From: Candidatus Latescibacterota bacterium
Lineage (GTDB): Bacteria > Latescibacterota > UBA2968 > UBA8231
Length of the DNA: 64,000 nt
Direction of reading: 5' to 3'
NCBI GenBank assembly: GCA_965243025.1
Contig: CBDETY010000003.1
Span: 3,552,001-3,616,000 of the forward strand
Position numbers and translations under genes: made by a program. The notes beneath the pieces were generated by a model, which saw only the letters and a list, made by a program, of their open reading frames with translations, made no database searches and was not told where the DNA came from. Shown one piece after another: positions 48,494 to 57,587 of this stretch (position 1 is its first letter; each line of letters starts with the position of its first letter).

Positions 48494-49470
48494 CCGTGCC
48501 GGCCGTAAACAAGGTGGTCGCGACCTGGAGCGGCTGGTCGGACCGGTTCCGCGCCGAAGCGGTTGCCCGGGGTCGCGCCGGCCTGACAATCCACTGCGCC
48601 GACGACCGCGGCGACCTTCTCCGCCACCTCGCCGGCGCCGACGCCGCCATCGTCGGCCCCTGGGACGCCGGCCTTCTCGCCGCGGCCCCGCGGCTGCGGT
48701 GGGTGCAGGCGGCCAGCGGGGGCGTCGAGGGGTACCTCTTCCCGGAATTCGTCGCCAGCCCCGTGCCCTTCACCTGCCTGAAGCCGGTCTTCGGAACCAT
48801 CGCCGCCGAGCACGCCCTCGCCTCCATGCTGATCTTCGCGCGGGGCTACCACCACGCCCTGGCCCGGCCCCTGACTCCGTGGGACGATGCTTACGGGAGC
48901 GGCGGAGACGCCGTCGAGCTGGCAGGCAAAACCGCCGGGATCGTCGGGTTCGGAACCATTGGCAGGGCGCTCGCCATCCGGGTCAGGGCTTTCGACATGA
49001 AGGTGATCGCCGTGGCCCGGAATCCCCGCGAAGCGCCTCCCGAGGTCGAGCGGCTGGTCACCCCCGAACGGCTGTCCGAGGTGCTCGCCGCCTCCGACTA
49101 CGTCGTCAACTGCGTCCCGTCGACCCCGGAAACCCGCAACCTCGTCGGCACGGAGTTCCTCGCGGCGATGAGGCCCGGGGCCTGTCTGATAGACTGCTCG
49201 GGACGCAAGGCGGTTCTGGATTTCGACGCCCTGGTGCGCGCCGTCGAGGAAGGATGGATCGCCGGCGTCAGTCTCCAGCCGGGCGCGGGAGAGGGGGTGC
49301 CCCCTGCGGACAGCCCGTTCTGGAAACGGGACAACGTCCTCGTCTCCCCGTTCCGGACCACCTCGCACGAGGGCAACGAGCGCGCCGTCGGCCTGTTCTT
49401 CGACAACCTCGAGCGCCTCGAGCAGGGGCGGCCCCTGCTGGGGCTGGTCGACAAGCAGGCGGGGTACTGA
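48490..49470 (+). CDS. D-2-hydroxyacid dehydrogenase family protein with divergent active site
   Basis: LRWVQ..S.GV, AEHA, GIVG.G.IG, P.TPET..L, L.GLVDK.AGY; GTGA overlap with the upstream gene. Confidence 0.85.
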   Translation: MTVPAVNKVVATWSGWSDRFRAEAVARGRAGLTIHCADDRGDLLRHLAGADAAIVGPWDAGLLAAAPRLRWVQAASGGVEGYLFPEFVASPVPFTCLKPVFGTIAAEHALASMLIFARGYHHALARPLTPWDDAYGSGGDAVELAGKTAGIVGFGTIGRALAIRVRAFDMKVIAVARNPREAPPEVERLVTPERLSEVLAASDYVVNCVPSTPETRNLVGTEFLAAMRPGACLIDCSGRKAVLDFDALVRAVEEGWIAGVSLQPGAGEGVPPADSPFWKRDNVLVSPFRTTSHEGNERAVGLFFDNLERLEQGRPLLGLVDKQAGY

Positions 49471-49583
49471 CCGGACTGCCGGCCCCTGGGGGCGGGAGCA
49501 ATCCTCGAAAAAACCGCGCATCTTATGGCCGCACCGCGCGTCATACGGACAAGCGCCTCGCCTCAGGTTGGAAAGGGACCGCA

Positions 49584-50681
49584 ATGAAGCGCACCGCACT
49601 CGTTCTCCCGCTCCTGCTGGCCGGCGGGGCCGCCGCCCTGGAGTGGGTCCAGCTGCATCCCGAAGGGGAAGCCCCCGTTGCCCGCTCCAACGCCGCGGCG
49701 GTCTACGACCCGGCCGGACACCGCGTCCTCCTCTTCGGGGGGCTGAGAGCCGGGGGCGACCTCAACGACGTCTGGGAGCTCGGCCTCTCCCCCCCGGCCT
49801 GGAGGAAGATCACCCCCGGTTCCGGTCCGGCCCCCCACACCCGCTGGTCCCACAACGCCGTGTACGACCCGGCCGGCCGCCAGATGCTCGTCTGGTCCGG
49901 CCGCCATCTCGGCGACTTCTTCAACGACGTCTGGGCCTTCGACCTCAGCGACCACACCTGGCGCCGGTTCTCCCCCGAAACCCGGCCCGCCTCCCGCTAC
50001 GGAACCGCGGCGGTCTTCGACCCCCGCGCCGGCCGCCTCGTCAGCTTCGCCGGGTTCACCGACCTCGGCCGCTTCGACGACACCTGGGCATTCGACCCGG
50101 CCGCGTCGGTCTGGACCGACATCAGCACCGACCCCAGGCCCCTGGCCCGCTGCCTGCACACCGCGGCCTACGATCCGGTCGGCTACCGCATGCTCATGTT
50201 CGGCGGCCAGGGGGGCGGCAACGCCCTGAACGACCTGTGGGCCTTCGACCTCGACACCGGGGCCTGGAGCGACATCACCCCGGAGAGCGGCCCCGGGGGA
50301 CGCACCTTTGCCGCGAGCGTGTACGACCCGGGGAGCCACCGGTTCGTCATCTTCGGAGGCGCCGGGATAGGGGGCCTCGGGGCCAGGAGCGACGATACCT
50401 GGGCTTTCGATCTCGCCGCCGGCGCCTGGAACCTGCTGCAACCGGAAGGCGCCGCGCCGGAACCGCGCAGCGGGGCCGCGGCGGTCTACATCGAGGGAGA
50501 GAACCGCGCCCTGTTCATCGGTGGGGCCAAGGAGGTCGGCCTTTTCAACGAGGTCTGGGCGCTGGAAAGGCTGGACCCCACCGCGGTCGTGCACCGGAGC
50601 TGGGGCCGGGTGAAACGGTTGCTGAGCGGCGATCCGGCAGCGGCCGGGACCGCCGGACCGAAGCGAACCGGGGGTCGATAG
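49584..50681 (+). CDS. Secreted Kelch-repeat beta-propeller with C-terminal AV...SWG.VK tail
   Basis: Signal peptide; six repeats P.AR....AVYDP...R...FGG......ND.WAFDL....W. Confidence 0.9.
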   Translation: MKRTALVLPLLLAGGAAALEWVQLHPEGEAPVARSNAAAVYDPAGHRVLLFGGLRAGGDLNDVWELGLSPPAWRKITPGSGPAPHTRWSHNAVYDPAGRQMLVWSGRHLGDFFNDVWAFDLSDHTWRRFSPETRPASRYGTAAVFDPRAGRLVSFAGFTDLGRFDDTWAFDPAASVWTDISTDPRPLARCLHTAAYDPVGYRMLMFGGQGGGNALNDLWAFDLDTGAWSDITPESGPGGRTFAASVYDPGSHRFVIFGGAGIGGLGARSDDTWAFDLAAGAWNLLQPEGAAPEPRSGAAAVYIEGENRALFIGGAKEVGLFNEVWALERLDPTAVVHRSWGRVKRLLSGDPAAAGTAGPKRTGGR

Positions 50682-50739
50682 CTCTCGCGGTATCCTCCCT
50701 GGGCGAGTCCTCCTGCGGGGCCAACGGCGGCCACCTCAC

Positions 50740-50790
50740 TTCGGCTTCCGTAAGCGCCATTGCTCTACGGAAGCGGAGTATGCTGCTTTT
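50740..50790 (+). terminator. Stem-loop after Kelch gene, possible terminator
   Basis: GCTTCCGTA/TACGGAAGC perfect 9-bp stem with further pairing; T-run lies a few nt downstream. Confidence 0.4.
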
Positions 50791-50868
50791 TGCGCCGGAA
50801 AGAGCAACGGGGTCGCCTGGCCGGCGAGGAGCGATTCACCCCCCTCCAGAATCCATCGAGGTCTGACC

Positions 50869-52506
50869 ATGGGCATGGGCATCGACACCTACACCGTGAA
50901 CCACTGGAACGAGGCGACGCACGCGCACGAGCCGTCGATCCTCACCATAGAGCAGAACTTCGCCTTCGACGCGCTCGGGTTCCTCGTGCTGCCGCAGCTC
51001 CTCAGCCAGGCCGAGTTGTCCGCGTGCCGCGACAGCGGAGATGGGCTGGGCGATCTCTGCAGCGAGGCCGGCGCCGTCGGACGCTACGTGCGCGAGCTGT
51101 GCGGCGATGGCTTTCGCCAGGACGGCCCTGCGAGGCACGTCCCCGCCGCCGCCTCGGGAGGGTACGACGAAGCCTCGCTGCCACTGGCAGGCGGGGCCCA
51201 CACGCTGGACCGGGCATACATCAACCTGACGGGGTGGAATGGCCGCAACGCCGACGGAACTTCGCTTTCGCGGGCCGGCGGCGCCTGGGAAGAGGTCCGC
51301 ATCCGGCAGTGCCAGGGGCTGGTGGTGGCCATCGCCCTCACGGACTCCGCAGAAGGCAGGTGCCCGCTGGTGGTCGTGCCCTCCTCGCACAAGAGCGGGC
51401 TGCCCGCCCCCCCGCTTCCATCCTCCAGCCGCTTCGCCGAGCGCCCGGCGCTGGCGGCGGGCGACGTGCTGCTGTGCGCCGCCAGCGCGCTGCACGGGGT
51501 CTGCCCGCAGGGTGACGGCGGCGAGCTGCTCGTGGTGGATTTCATCTCGCGCACGGCCCGGCCACAGGGGCCGCCCGACCAGCGGGACGAGCAGCCCCTG
51601 CCCGCATGGGCGGAAGGGCTGGGCGAGGCCGAGCAGACCGTGCTGGCGGGCGGCGACTCGCGTCGCCTGCTCCTGTCGGACGGCGCGACCACCTGGCTCA
51701 CCTCCGCCGACGATGCCGACGCGGCGCAGAGGTCCTCCTCGGCCATCGAGTTCGAACGGCGGGATGATCATGCCGAGCGCTGGGCGTTTGACACCCAGGG
51801 CTTCCTGTTGGTCGAGGGCGTCATGGACGATGATTGGGTCGATGCGGCCGTGGCGGGCATCGACGCCAACCTCGACCGGCTGGTGTACCGGGGCGCAGGC
51901 GACAAGCTCGACGGGGACGTGACGCTTGCCGACATCCCCGGGGCACCGACGATCTCGGGCACGGGCCGGCCGGACCTGAAGGACTTGTTTCAGCTGCCGG
52001 CGCCGCACAATGCGCCTTTCCTCAAAATGCTGGCGCATCCGGCCGTCATCCAGCGCCTGAACTGGATGATTGGACCCGGGTACAGGGTGACTCAGAACAC
52101 GGCCCTGTGCCACGTCAAAGGCTCGAGCGGGCAGATGCTGCACGCGGGGAACGCCAACCCTACCAGCATCGGCAAGCACTACGAGATGGTAAACGGGCGC
52201 GTGCACACGAGGTCGGGCATCAACGTCGCCTGGCAGCTCAACGACGTCGGGCCCGGCGATGGCGGCTTTGTCGTAGTGCCGGGCAGTCACAAGTCCTGCT
52301 ACCCCTTGCCGCATTCGGTGCGGGTCTGCAACGAGCGCGCGCCGATCCGCCACATTCCAATGCGCCGCGGGTCTGTTCTCTTCTTCCTGGGGGGAACGGT
52401 CTGCCACGGGGCGTACCGCTGGGAGGCTGAGTCACCGAGGCGGACAGCGCTCTTCACGTACGGGCACGACGGCCGGCGCCCTTTTGCATGGCCCTCGAGG
52501 ATCTGA
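50869..52506 (+). CDS. Tandem two-domain PhyH-family protein; C-terminal domain has H-x-G iron motif
   Basis: Two FD..GFL..(V)VPGSHKS-type units. Domain 2 has LHAG, V.WQL.D..PGDGGF.VVPGSHK, GS.LFF....HG, RR. Confidence 0.85.
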   Translation: MGMGIDTYTVNHWNEATHAHEPSILTIEQNFAFDALGFLVLPQLLSQAELSACRDSGDGLGDLCSEAGAVGRYVRELCGDGFRQDGPARHVPAAASGGYDEASLPLAGGAHTLDRAYINLTGWNGRNADGTSLSRAGGAWEEVRIRQCQGLVVAIALTDSAEGRCPLVVVPSSHKSGLPAPPLPSSSRFAERPALAAGDVLLCAASALHGVCPQGDGGELLVVDFISRTARPQGPPDQRDEQPLPAWAEGLGEAEQTVLAGGDSRRLLLSDGATTWLTSADDADAAQRSSSAIEFERRDDHAERWAFDTQGFLLVEGVMDDDWVDAAVAGIDANLDRLVYRGAGDKLDGDVTLADIPGAPTISGTGRPDLKDLFQLPAPHNAPFLKMLAHPAVIQRLNWMIGPGYRVTQNTALCHVKGSSGQMLHAGNANPTSIGKHYEMVNGRVHTRSGINVAWQLNDVGPGDGGFVVVPGSHKSCYPLPHSVRVCNERAPIRHIPMRRGSVLFFLGGTVCHGAYRWEAESPRRTALFTYGHDGRRPFAWPSRI

Positions 52507-52637
52507 GAATCGCTTCTCTCTGCCGTGGAATGCCGTCGCCGTGTCCCGCAGGGGCGGGGGCGGCCTGGGAGCCGGAGCGCCTGGAGGGCCGATAGTCAAG
52601 CCCAACGGAGGTCGCCCCTCGCGGACACCCTTAGCGG

Positions 52638-52667
52638 TTGTCCGATCCCTGGAGGCAGTGGTATAAT
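52638..52667 (+). promoter_or_regulatory. Sigma70 promoter with extended -10
   Basis: TTGTCC-18-TATAAT with TG at the extended -10 position. Confidence 0.65.
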
Positions 52668-52726
52668 CGCCGTCACATCCTCTTGCTGCTCCGGAACAGC
52701 CTGATCTTTCCCGGAACCCCTGACCG

Positions 52727-53758
52727 ATGGACGTATCCGCGGAAAACCTCTACTTCACCGACGTGGGCAACCACAGCCTGCGCGCCGTCGATCTCGCCAC
52801 CGGGATCATCGCCACGGTCGCCGGCGGCCGCCCGCCCGAGACGGGGGCCAGCCCCGCCGGGGACGGCGGACCGGCCGCCGCGGCTGCCTTCTCCACCCAC
52901 CCGATGCGCGTCGCCCTCGACGGCCTCGGCCATCTCTACGTCACCGACGCCCACCAGAACCGGGTGCGCCGCATCGACGCGGCGAGCGGGGTCATCACCA
53001 CCGTCGCCGGCAACGGCGAGGAGGCCTTCGCGGGGGACGGCGGCCCCGCCACCGAAGCGAGTCTCGCGGTGCCGCACGGTTGCCGCTTCGACAGGGACGG
53101 CAACTTCTACATTGCCGACACGCGCAATCACCGCATTCGCCGGGTGGACGCGGCGACCGGGGTCATCACCACCTGCGCCGGGACCGGGGAGGAGGGGTAC
53201 TCCGGGGAAGGCCAGCCGGCACTGGAGTCGAAGCTGTACGCCCCCCTCGCCGTCGACGTCGCCGCCAACGGCGACCTCTACATCGTCGACACCGACAACC
53301 TGCGCTTCCGTTGCCTCGAGGCGGCAACCGGCATCCTGCGCACCGTCGCCGGCTGCGGCGGGATGGGGCCGACGGAAACCGGCATCCCCGCCCTCTGGGC
53401 GAAGTTCGGACGCCCCCGGGACATCCGCGTGCGCGGCGGCCAGGCCTACCTCGTCGACGGCAACAACTCCAGCCTCTTCCGCCTCGACCTCGGCAGCGGC
53501 CTGCTGCACCGGGTGGCAGGGGACGGAAGCAGCGGCTTCTCCGGAGACGGCGGACCGGCGGCCGATGCGCAGCTCGACCACTGCTACAGCATGGCGATCG
53601 ATCCGGTGGGGAACATCTACGTCAAGGACAGCGGCAACCGGAGAATCCGCCGCGTCGACGCCGGGAGGGGCCTGATCTCCACGGTTGCCGGAAGGGGCGA
53701 GCGCGGCTTCTCCGGCGACGGCGGCCCCGCCCTCGAGGCGGCGCTCGACATCGGCTGA
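52727..53758 (+). CDS. NHL-repeat (teneurin-like) beta-propeller protein
   Basis: Repeats G..Y..D..N.RIRRVD..TG.I.TVAG.G..GFSGDGGPA..A.L. Confidence 0.92.
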   Translation: MDVSAENLYFTDVGNHSLRAVDLATGIIATVAGGRPPETGASPAGDGGPAAAAAFSTHPMRVALDGLGHLYVTDAHQNRVRRIDAASGVITTVAGNGEEAFAGDGGPATEASLAVPHGCRFDRDGNFYIADTRNHRIRRVDAATGVITTCAGTGEEGYSGEGQPALESKLYAPLAVDVAANGDLYIVDTDNLRFRCLEAATGILRTVAGCGGMGPTETGIPALWAKFGRPRDIRVRGGQAYLVDGNNSSLFRLDLGSGLLHRVAGDGSSGFSGDGGPAADAQLDHCYSMAIDPVGNIYVKDSGNRRIRRVDAGRGLISTVAGRGERGFSGDGGPALEAALDIG

Positions 53759-53769
53759 GGAGAAATCCT

Positions 53770-54558
53770 TTGGAGCTGAGCGACTCGCAGGCAGCGGCGT
53801 TCGCCGACCGGGGGTACCTGTTCTTCCCCGGGCTGCTGTCCACCGCCGAGGCGGCTCCGCTGCAGTCGGCGGTCCCGGAGATACTGGCGCGCCAGGGGCC
53901 CGAGATCGTGCGCGAGCAGGAGGATCCCACCGCCGCCCGCCTCGCCTTCGGGTCCCACATCTACTCGGAGCCGTTCCGGCGCCTCGCCCTGCTGCCGCGG
54001 CTGCTGAACCCGGTGCGCCGGCTGCTGCAGGACGAGGTGTACCTGCACCAGAGCCGCCTCAACCCCAAGCAGGGGTTCGGCTCCGGGGCTTCCTGGACCT
54101 GGCACCAGGACTTCCCGCCCTGGCACAGCATCGACGGCATGCCGGAACCGCGCTGCATCATGGCCTCGGTCTTCGTCGACGACTGCACCGTAGCGAAATC
54201 CCCGCTGCTGATCCTGCCCGGCTCGCACCGCCGCGGCCTGCTCGACTCGAAGCCGCACGAGGACTCCGTGGGCAAGGAGTACGAGCTCCACCACATCGGC
54301 CGCGAGGAGTTCGGGCGCCTCGCCGACGAACACGGCATCGAGCCGCTGGTCGGCCCGGCCGGCTCCGTCTGCTTCGTCCACTGCAACATCATCCACGGCT
54401 CGGCGGACAACGTCTCCCCCTGGCGGCGGGCGATTCTGTACCTGATCTACAACGCCGTCAGCAATGCCTGCACCGGCAGCGCGCGGGACTGGTACCACAA
54501 CAACCGCGACTTCACTCCGCTGCAAGCCGTCTCCGACGACGCCCTGCTCACCCTGTAG
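53770..54558 (+). CDS. PhyH-family Fe(II)/2OG dioxygenase (EctD/proline-hydroxylase-like)
   Basis: TTG start after GAGGAG; F...GY, VY.HQSRLNPK.GF, W.WHQDF..WH..DGMP, PGSH, G.AGSV...HCN..HGS..N.SPW.R. Confidence 0.88.
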   Translation: MELSDSQAAAFADRGYLFFPGLLSTAEAAPLQSAVPEILARQGPEIVREQEDPTAARLAFGSHIYSEPFRRLALLPRLLNPVRRLLQDEVYLHQSRLNPKQGFGSGASWTWHQDFPPWHSIDGMPEPRCIMASVFVDDCTVAKSPLLILPGSHRRGLLDSKPHEDSVGKEYELHHIGREEFGRLADEHGIEPLVGPAGSVCFVHCNIIHGSADNVSPWRRAILYLIYNAVSNACTGSARDWYHNNRDFTPLQAVSDDALLTL

Positions 54559-54669
54559 GCCCGGGGCGGGCATTCCCCAAGTTCCGCCGCTGCATCCCGG
54601 CTCAGGGCCGGTTTCAAGTTCTCCGGGGGACGTAGTCCGTGGGAAGCGGCCTTGGCCCCCGCCGGCGTC

Positions 54670-54723
54670 GTGACAGTTCCGTAACAATTCCGCACCAGTT
54701 CCGTAACCTCGGCGTCACCGTCC
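54670..54723 (+). promoter_or_regulatory. Five tandem 11-bp Pho-box-like direct repeats
   Basis: GTGACAGTTCC GTAACAATTCC GCACCAGTTCC GTAACCTCGGC GTCACCGTCC upstream of a phytase operon. Confidence 0.75.
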
Positions 54724-54791
54724 GGGGACACTGCGGGGGTTCCTTTGATGCAGGACGGATTTCACCGTCCTCATCGAAAAGGAAAAGAGGA

Positions 54792-57587
54792 ATGTTCTCT
54801 CGAACTGTTCTGCCTGCCCTGCTGATGCTGGCGGCCGCGACGATCGCCGATGCCGGCAGCGGAATCGTCAGCGGCAGGGTCGTCGATGCCGGTTCCGGGT
54901 TCCCGCTGCCGGGAGCCCACGTCATGCTCAACGGCGGGGAACCGGGCGCCGTCAGCGACCAGGACGGCCGCTTCAAGTTCACCGGCGCCGCTCCCGGGGA
55001 TCACGAGATCACCGTCACCTACATCGGCTACACACCCGCGGCCGCCCCGGTAACCGTGTCGGGATCGCGGGTCGCCTCCCTGGAAATCGAGCTCGCCCCC
55101 GGGGTGATAGTCGCCGACGAGGTCGTCGTCGTCAGCGAGCGCCTGCAGGGCCAGGCCCGCGCCCTCAACCAGCAGAAGCAGAGTCCGAACATCACCAACG
55201 TCGTCGCCGCCGATCAGGTGGGCCGGTTCCCCGACGCCAACATCGGCGACGCCATCAAGCGGATTCCCGGCATCGTCGTCGCCAACGACCAGGGGGAAGC
55301 CCGCTTCGGGCTGATCCGCGGCACCGAGGCCCGCCTCAACTCCATCACGCTCAACGGCGAGCGCGTCCCCTCCGCCGAAGGGGAAGTGCGGGCGGTGCAG
55401 CTCGACCTCGTGCCCGCGGACATGATCCAGACCATCGAGGTCAACAAGGCGCTCACTCCCGACATGGACGCCGACGCCATCGGCGGCGCGGTCAACCTAG
55501 TCACCCGCGCGGCCCCCGGCAGCCAACGCCTTTCAGGGACCCTGGGAAGCGGGTTCAACTTCCTCTCCGGTCAGCCGATGGGACTCTCCTCGGTGGTGGC
55601 GGGCAGCCGCTTCCTCGACGGCAGGCTCGGCGCCATCGTCAGCGCCTCCTACCACAACCACAAGCTCGGCTCGGACAACATCGAGGCGGAGTGGGACGAG
55701 GAGGACGGCGCCGTCTACATGTCGGAGTTCCAGCTTCGCAAGTACGACGTCGACCGCGTCCGCAGCAGCCTCAGCGGCGCCCTCGACTACCGGCTCGACG
55801 ACCGCAACGAGCTCTACCTCAGCGCCATGTTCAACCAGCGGGACGACTACGAGAACCGCTACCGCCTGACCGTCCGGGACCTCGAGCTGCCCGAAGACGG
55901 GGTGACCCCCGAGGGGCAGATCCGGCGCCAGACCAAGGGGGGCAGCAGCGACATCGGCGACGCCCGCCTCGAGGACCAGGCCACCGCGAGCATGGCCGTC
56001 GGGGGGGAGCACCTCCTCGGCGCCGCCTTCGAAGTCGACTGGTCGGCGTCCTGGGCAAAGGCTTCCGAGGAGCGGCCGGATGAGCGCTACATCCAGTACC
56101 GGGTCAGGGACGTAGGGGTGCTGCCCGACATCGGCGACCCGGAGAGGCCTGGCTGGTCCGCCGCCGACGAAGCCGAGATCGCCCTGTCGGAGTTCGAGCT
56201 CCACGAGATCACCGAGGAGAACCAGTTCACCGAGGAGGAGGACCTCAACGCCCGGGTCGATTTCTCCTTCCCCTGGCTGCAGGGAGAAAGCGGCAACCGC
56301 GTGCAGTTCGGCTTCCGCTACCGCGGCAAGGAGAAGCTGCGGGACAACGATTTCTTCGAGTACGAGCCGATCGACGAGGACGGCTTCGCCTCGCTCGGGA
56401 CGGTTGCCCGCAGGGACTACTCCGACACCGGTTTCCTCGCCGGCGACTACCTGGCCGGGGAGTTCGTCACCGAGGAGTTCCTCGGCGGCCTCGCTCTCGA
56501 CGACCCGGAACAATTCGAGCGCAGCGACCTGCCCGAGGAGTACGTGGCGGGCAACTACGAGGCCCGGGAGACGGTGACCGGCGGCTACCTGATGGTCGAG
56601 CAGGCGCTCGGTCCCCGGCTCGACCTGCTGCTCGGGCTGCGCGTCGAGGACACCCGCATCGAGTACACCGGCAACGAGCTGTTCGTCGACCCGGACGCCG
56701 ACGAGGAGATCGCCACGCGCCCGGTGACCGGGGACGACGGCTACATGCACCTGCTTCCAGGACTGCACGCCCGCTACCGCCTCGACGACGCCACGGCGCT
56801 CCGCTTCGCCTGGACCAACACCCTGGCGCGGCCCAACTACTACGACCTGGTGCCCTACCGCGAGGTGCTGATCGAGGACGAGGAGCTGTTCGAGGGAAAC
56901 CCCGCTCTCGATCCGACCACGTCGATGAACTTCGACCTCATGGCCGAGCGCTACTTCTCGACGGTCGGACTGGTCTCGGCGGGGCTGTTCTACAAGGACA
57001 TCAGCGACTTCATATTCAAGTACGCGGAGAAGGATTACGCCGACCCGGTCAGCGACCGCCTGTTCGCAGACTACGTGCATCCGCTCAACGGCAGCAGCGC
57101 CTCGGTCTCCGGCTTCGAGTTCGCCTTCCAGCGGCAGCTCGACTTCCTGCCGTCGGTCTGGCGCGGCATCGGCCTATACACCAACTACACCTGGACCCGC
57201 TCCAGCCTGGAGGGGCTTCCCGTGGAGGGCCGGGAAGAGGAGGACCTTCCCCTTCCCGGGTCGGCCCCCCACTCCTTCAACGGCTCCCTGTCGTACGACA
57301 TGTCCGCCCTCTCGCTGCGGCTCTCCGTCAACTACGCCGCCGCCCACCTCGACGCCGGCGAGGGGGAGATCGGCGAGTCGGCTTTCTACGACCGCTACTA
57401 CGACACGGCCACCCACGTCGACCTCAACGGCTCCTACCGGATCACCCCGCAGCTGCGCGCCTTCTTCGAGGCGAGCAACCTGACCGACCAGCCGCTGCGC
57501 TTCTACCAGGGGGTGAAGGAACGCACCATGCAAACGGAGTACTACGACCGCCGTTTCACCGCGGGACTGAAGTTTGACCTGCTGTAA
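54792..57587 (+). CDS. TonB-dependent receptor (phytase-associated) with N-terminal carboxypeptidase-regulatory-like domain
   Basis: G.V.D..SG.PLPGA.V, QARALNQQK, G.FPD.N...A.KRIPG, DQGEAR....RG, K..TPDMDADAIGG.VN, N.TD.P.R.Y.G. Confidence 0.93.
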   Translation: MFSRTVLPALLMLAAATIADAGSGIVSGRVVDAGSGFPLPGAHVMLNGGEPGAVSDQDGRFKFTGAAPGDHEITVTYIGYTPAAAPVTVSGSRVASLEIELAPGVIVADEVVVVSERLQGQARALNQQKQSPNITNVVAADQVGRFPDANIGDAIKRIPGIVVANDQGEARFGLIRGTEARLNSITLNGERVPSAEGEVRAVQLDLVPADMIQTIEVNKALTPDMDADAIGGAVNLVTRAAPGSQRLSGTLGSGFNFLSGQPMGLSSVVAGSRFLDGRLGAIVSASYHNHKLGSDNIEAEWDEEDGAVYMSEFQLRKYDVDRVRSSLSGALDYRLDDRNELYLSAMFNQRDDYENRYRLTVRDLELPEDGVTPEGQIRRQTKGGSSDIGDARLEDQATASMAVGGEHLLGAAFEVDWSASWAKASEERPDERYIQYRVRDVGVLPDIGDPERPGWSAADEAEIALSEFELHEITEENQFTEEEDLNARVDFSFPWLQGESGNRVQFGFRYRGKEKLRDNDFFEYEPIDEDGFASLGTVARRDYSDTGFLAGDYLAGEFVTEEFLGGLALDDPEQFERSDLPEEYVAGNYEARETVTGGYLMVEQALGPRLDLLLGLRVEDTRIEYTGNELFVDPDADEEIATRPVTGDDGYMHLLPGLHARYRLDDATALRFAWTNTLARPNYYDLVPYREVLIEDEELFEGNPALDPTTSMNFDLMAERYFSTVGLVSAGLFYKDISDFIFKYAEKDYADPVSDRLFADYVHPLNGSSASVSGFEFAFQRQLDFLPSVWRGIGLYTNYTWTRSSLEGLPVEGREEEDLPLPGSAPHSFNGSLSYDMSALSLRLSVNYAAAHLDAGEGEIGESAFYDRYYDTATHVDLNGSYRITPQLRAFFEASNLTDQPLRFYQGVKERTMQTEYYDRRFTAGLKFDLL

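Noticed and set aside
54670-54723. Mini-CRISPR or VNTR
   Set aside because: Units are 11 bp, degenerate, spacerless and promoter-located, so a transcription factor array fits better.
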